A DNA stretch of 63,102 nt, the filler included, from a bacterium (lineage in GTDB: Bacteria > JALSQH01): NCBI GenBank assembly GCA_027004335.1. It is 13 parts of 13 records of this genome, joined end to end, with 100 filler letters (N's around TTAATTAATTAA, not from the genome) between each part and the next. Parts side by side here need not be neighbours in the genome. Positions count along the whole stretch, not along the records: positions 56,335 to 63,102 come from JALTID010000226.1; 12 more parts are not named here. One strand, 5' to 3'. Below are positions 62,101 to 63,102 of this stretch, in pieces (the first letter of the stretch is position 1; each line of letters starts with the position of its first letter). Below the pieces are notes generated by a model that was given only the letters and a program-made list of their open reading frames with translations, was not told the origin of the DNA and did no database searches. Both the position numbers and the translations under genes were made by a program.

Positions 62101-63102
62101 GACTCTTCCTACCTCACTTAGATCGTATCTCTGAGGGTCAAAAAACAATTCGTAGAAAAGTTTCTTAGCAGCATCAATATTATGGGGATCACCGGGGCGT
62201 AGTTTTCTGTAAATTTCTATAAGAGCTTCCTCGGTACTGGAGCATCTATCAGCTTTCAGTGTGTTTCTCAAATATGGACCCACATGGTAATTATCAATAT
62301 AAAGGACATCAATCTCTTTAAAACCTGCCTCAATAAGTGCATTTAGTATCTCATCTGTAAGCTCTGTGTTGATGGGAAAAATTATTTCCCCAGTTTCAGG
62401 ATCAATGTGATCTCTTGCAGCTACTTTCCCTATAATATCCTGTTTTGTAGCTCTTAATCTATCTACTTTGAAAACTGTAAAGTTCTTGATCACGGCTTCT
62501 TTTGCTTTCTCTACATGCTCTCTGGTAATAATTTCACCTGCTTTAATAAAAATCCTGCCATCAAGATCGTGATAATCAATTCCCACCTTTCTGCCTATGC
62601 CCTTATCTACAGGAACCTCCTCAAGCAAAAACTTCCACACCTTTCTTTGAGGAATCTTTTTACCCCTTTTAAGGGTATAAACCAGTTTCCCCGTATCTGG
62701 ATCATATATTTCCGTTTCGGCTTTCAATCCTGCGAGGAAATCTGGATAATAAGAAATATAAAATTTTTCCCTATCCTCTATCCATATTTTTTGGGGACGG
62801 TAGAAGTATTTCAATATCTCTTCTTCACTCATTCCAAGCGCTCTTAAGATATAAGTAGCAAGAAGTTTTTTCCTTCTATCCACCCTTGCAAAAAGAAGAT
62901 CTCTGTGATCAAATTCAAAATCCAGCCATGAACCTCTATAAGGTATAACCCTCGCAGTGTGATTTACTCTCTGGATATTAGATTTTATTTTTTCTTCAAC
63001 AAACACAACGCCAGGGGACCTGTGTAACTGATTAACTACCACCCTTTCCGTACCATTTATTACAAAACTTGCGGTATCAGTCATTATGGGGATCTCGCCA
63101 AA
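59170..63102 (-). CDS. rpoB: RNA polymerase beta subunit (5' part outside window)
   Basis: [47 protein letters not shown]. Confidence 0.99.
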   Translation of the reverse strand, partial: FGEIPIMTDTASFVINGTERVVVNQLHRSPGVVFVEEKIKSNIQRVNHTARVIPYRGSWLDFEFDHRDLLFARVDRRKKLLATYILRALGMSEEEILKYFYRPQKIWIEDREKFYISYYPDFLAGLKAETEIYDPDTGKLVYTLKRGKKIPQRKVWKFLLEEVPVDKGIGRKVGIDYHDLDGRIFIKAGEIITREHVEKAKEAVIKNFTVFKVDRLRATKQDIIGKVAARDHIDPETGEIIFPINTELTDEILNALIEAGFKEIDVLYIDNYHVGPYLRNTLKADRCSSTEEALIEIYRKLRPGDPHNIDAAKKLFYELFFDPQRYDLSEVGRVRINEKLKLNFPVDMRTLTKEDILETVKYLLEMKDGRAEEDDIDHLGNRRVRSVGELVENQFQAGMTRIKRAVEERFKTMDYEMAKASDIREIINSKSVISTLNEFFGSSQLSQFMDQVNPLSETTHKRRLSALGPGGLTRERAGFEVRDVHTTHYGRICPIETPEGPNIGLISSLTTYARANKYGFLETPYRKVMDGKVTDEIVYLTATREENHVIAQANASVDEEGRFINEYVAARKGGEFIMAKASEITLMDVSPTQIVSVAASLIPFLEHDDANRALMGSNMQRQAVPLMKTEAPLVGSGMESVVARDSGVSVVARRSGTVEYVDSQRIVIRVDEEEISGEEGDVGLDIYNLKKFKRSNQNTTVTQKPTVKNGDYVKKGEIIADGQAVEHGELALGRNVLVAFIPWRGYNFEDAVLVSERLVKEDVFTSIHVEEFEISARETKLGPEIVTRDIPGLSEEVVRDLDEEGVVRIGAKVKPGDILVGKITPKGESQLDPEDRLLKAIFGSKAGDFKDSSLRVPPGVYGTVIEVDILTKKGVQRDRRARAILQAELEELDNEKREELTILYRETLSRIKPFVVGFPLASKWSISRSRSFLKGHEITESEWDDVIGILKGQKVENILKDLKVSDKNANERLVQFIRNLNSKVKSLEKFYREKKERLEKSDELGAGEIKRIKVYVAIKRKLQVGDKMAGRHGNKGVISRVLPIEDMPFLPDGTPVDVVLNPLGVPSRMNVGQVLETHLGWAAKELGKKIAKMIEESTTPDFIREYLKKIYKNSAGVDVLDKYSDEELIEYARKLVNGIHVATPVFDGASEKEIRELLKEAGLPESGQTELYDGRTGEKFYFPVTVGVMYMLKLNHLVEDKVHARSTGPYSLITQQPLGGKAQFGGQRLGEMEVWALEAYGAAYSLQEFLTVKSDDIIGRTRIYDQIIKGNPQLEPGVPESFNVLFRELRGLALDVDLLEELPEEGEEKE

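Overview
This is not one continuous locus. It is 13 short contigs (about 6.8-7.0 kb or 2.25-2.29 kb) joined by an artificial 100-nt spacer (N44-TTAATTAATTAA-N44), with three additional 10-N scaffold gaps inside genes. Gene neighbourhoods are therefore meaningful only within a contig. The organism is an AT-rich bacterium with E/K-rich proteins. Its gene content looks deltaproteobacterial (Myxococcota/Desulfobacterota-like): a pilG/H/I-pilD cluster, MYXO-CTERM-like tails, a TPR-cNMP protein and argH-FN3 lipoprotein-lysA. Most of the window is housekeeping: xseA, mutS, comM, yggS-proC-argH-lysA, hisBHAF, pnp-rpsO-truB, ftsH-folP, moeA, lgt, ppiD, tuf with the S10/spc ribosomal operon, rpoBC and tRNA-Leu(CAG). 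I found no CRISPR array, IS, prophage or rRNA. The best candidates for new biology are: (1) a flavin reductase-rubredoxin (Hrb) fused to a Cys-less half of a BCP peroxiredoxin at a DEFEKL microhomology, behind a PerR-like box; (2) a Ser/Thr kinase-zinc-ribbon/FHA (GarA-like ETT motif)-His kinase operon; (3) an unannotated 58-aa gene directly behind comM; (4) a GC-rich candidate sRNA divergent from yggS; (5) a TPR-tandem-cNMP protein translationally coupled to a K+ channel; (6) a possible myxosortase/MYXO-CTERM sorting system; (7) recurrent leaderless-type promoters. All family calls come from motif recognition by eye, and no database searches were run.
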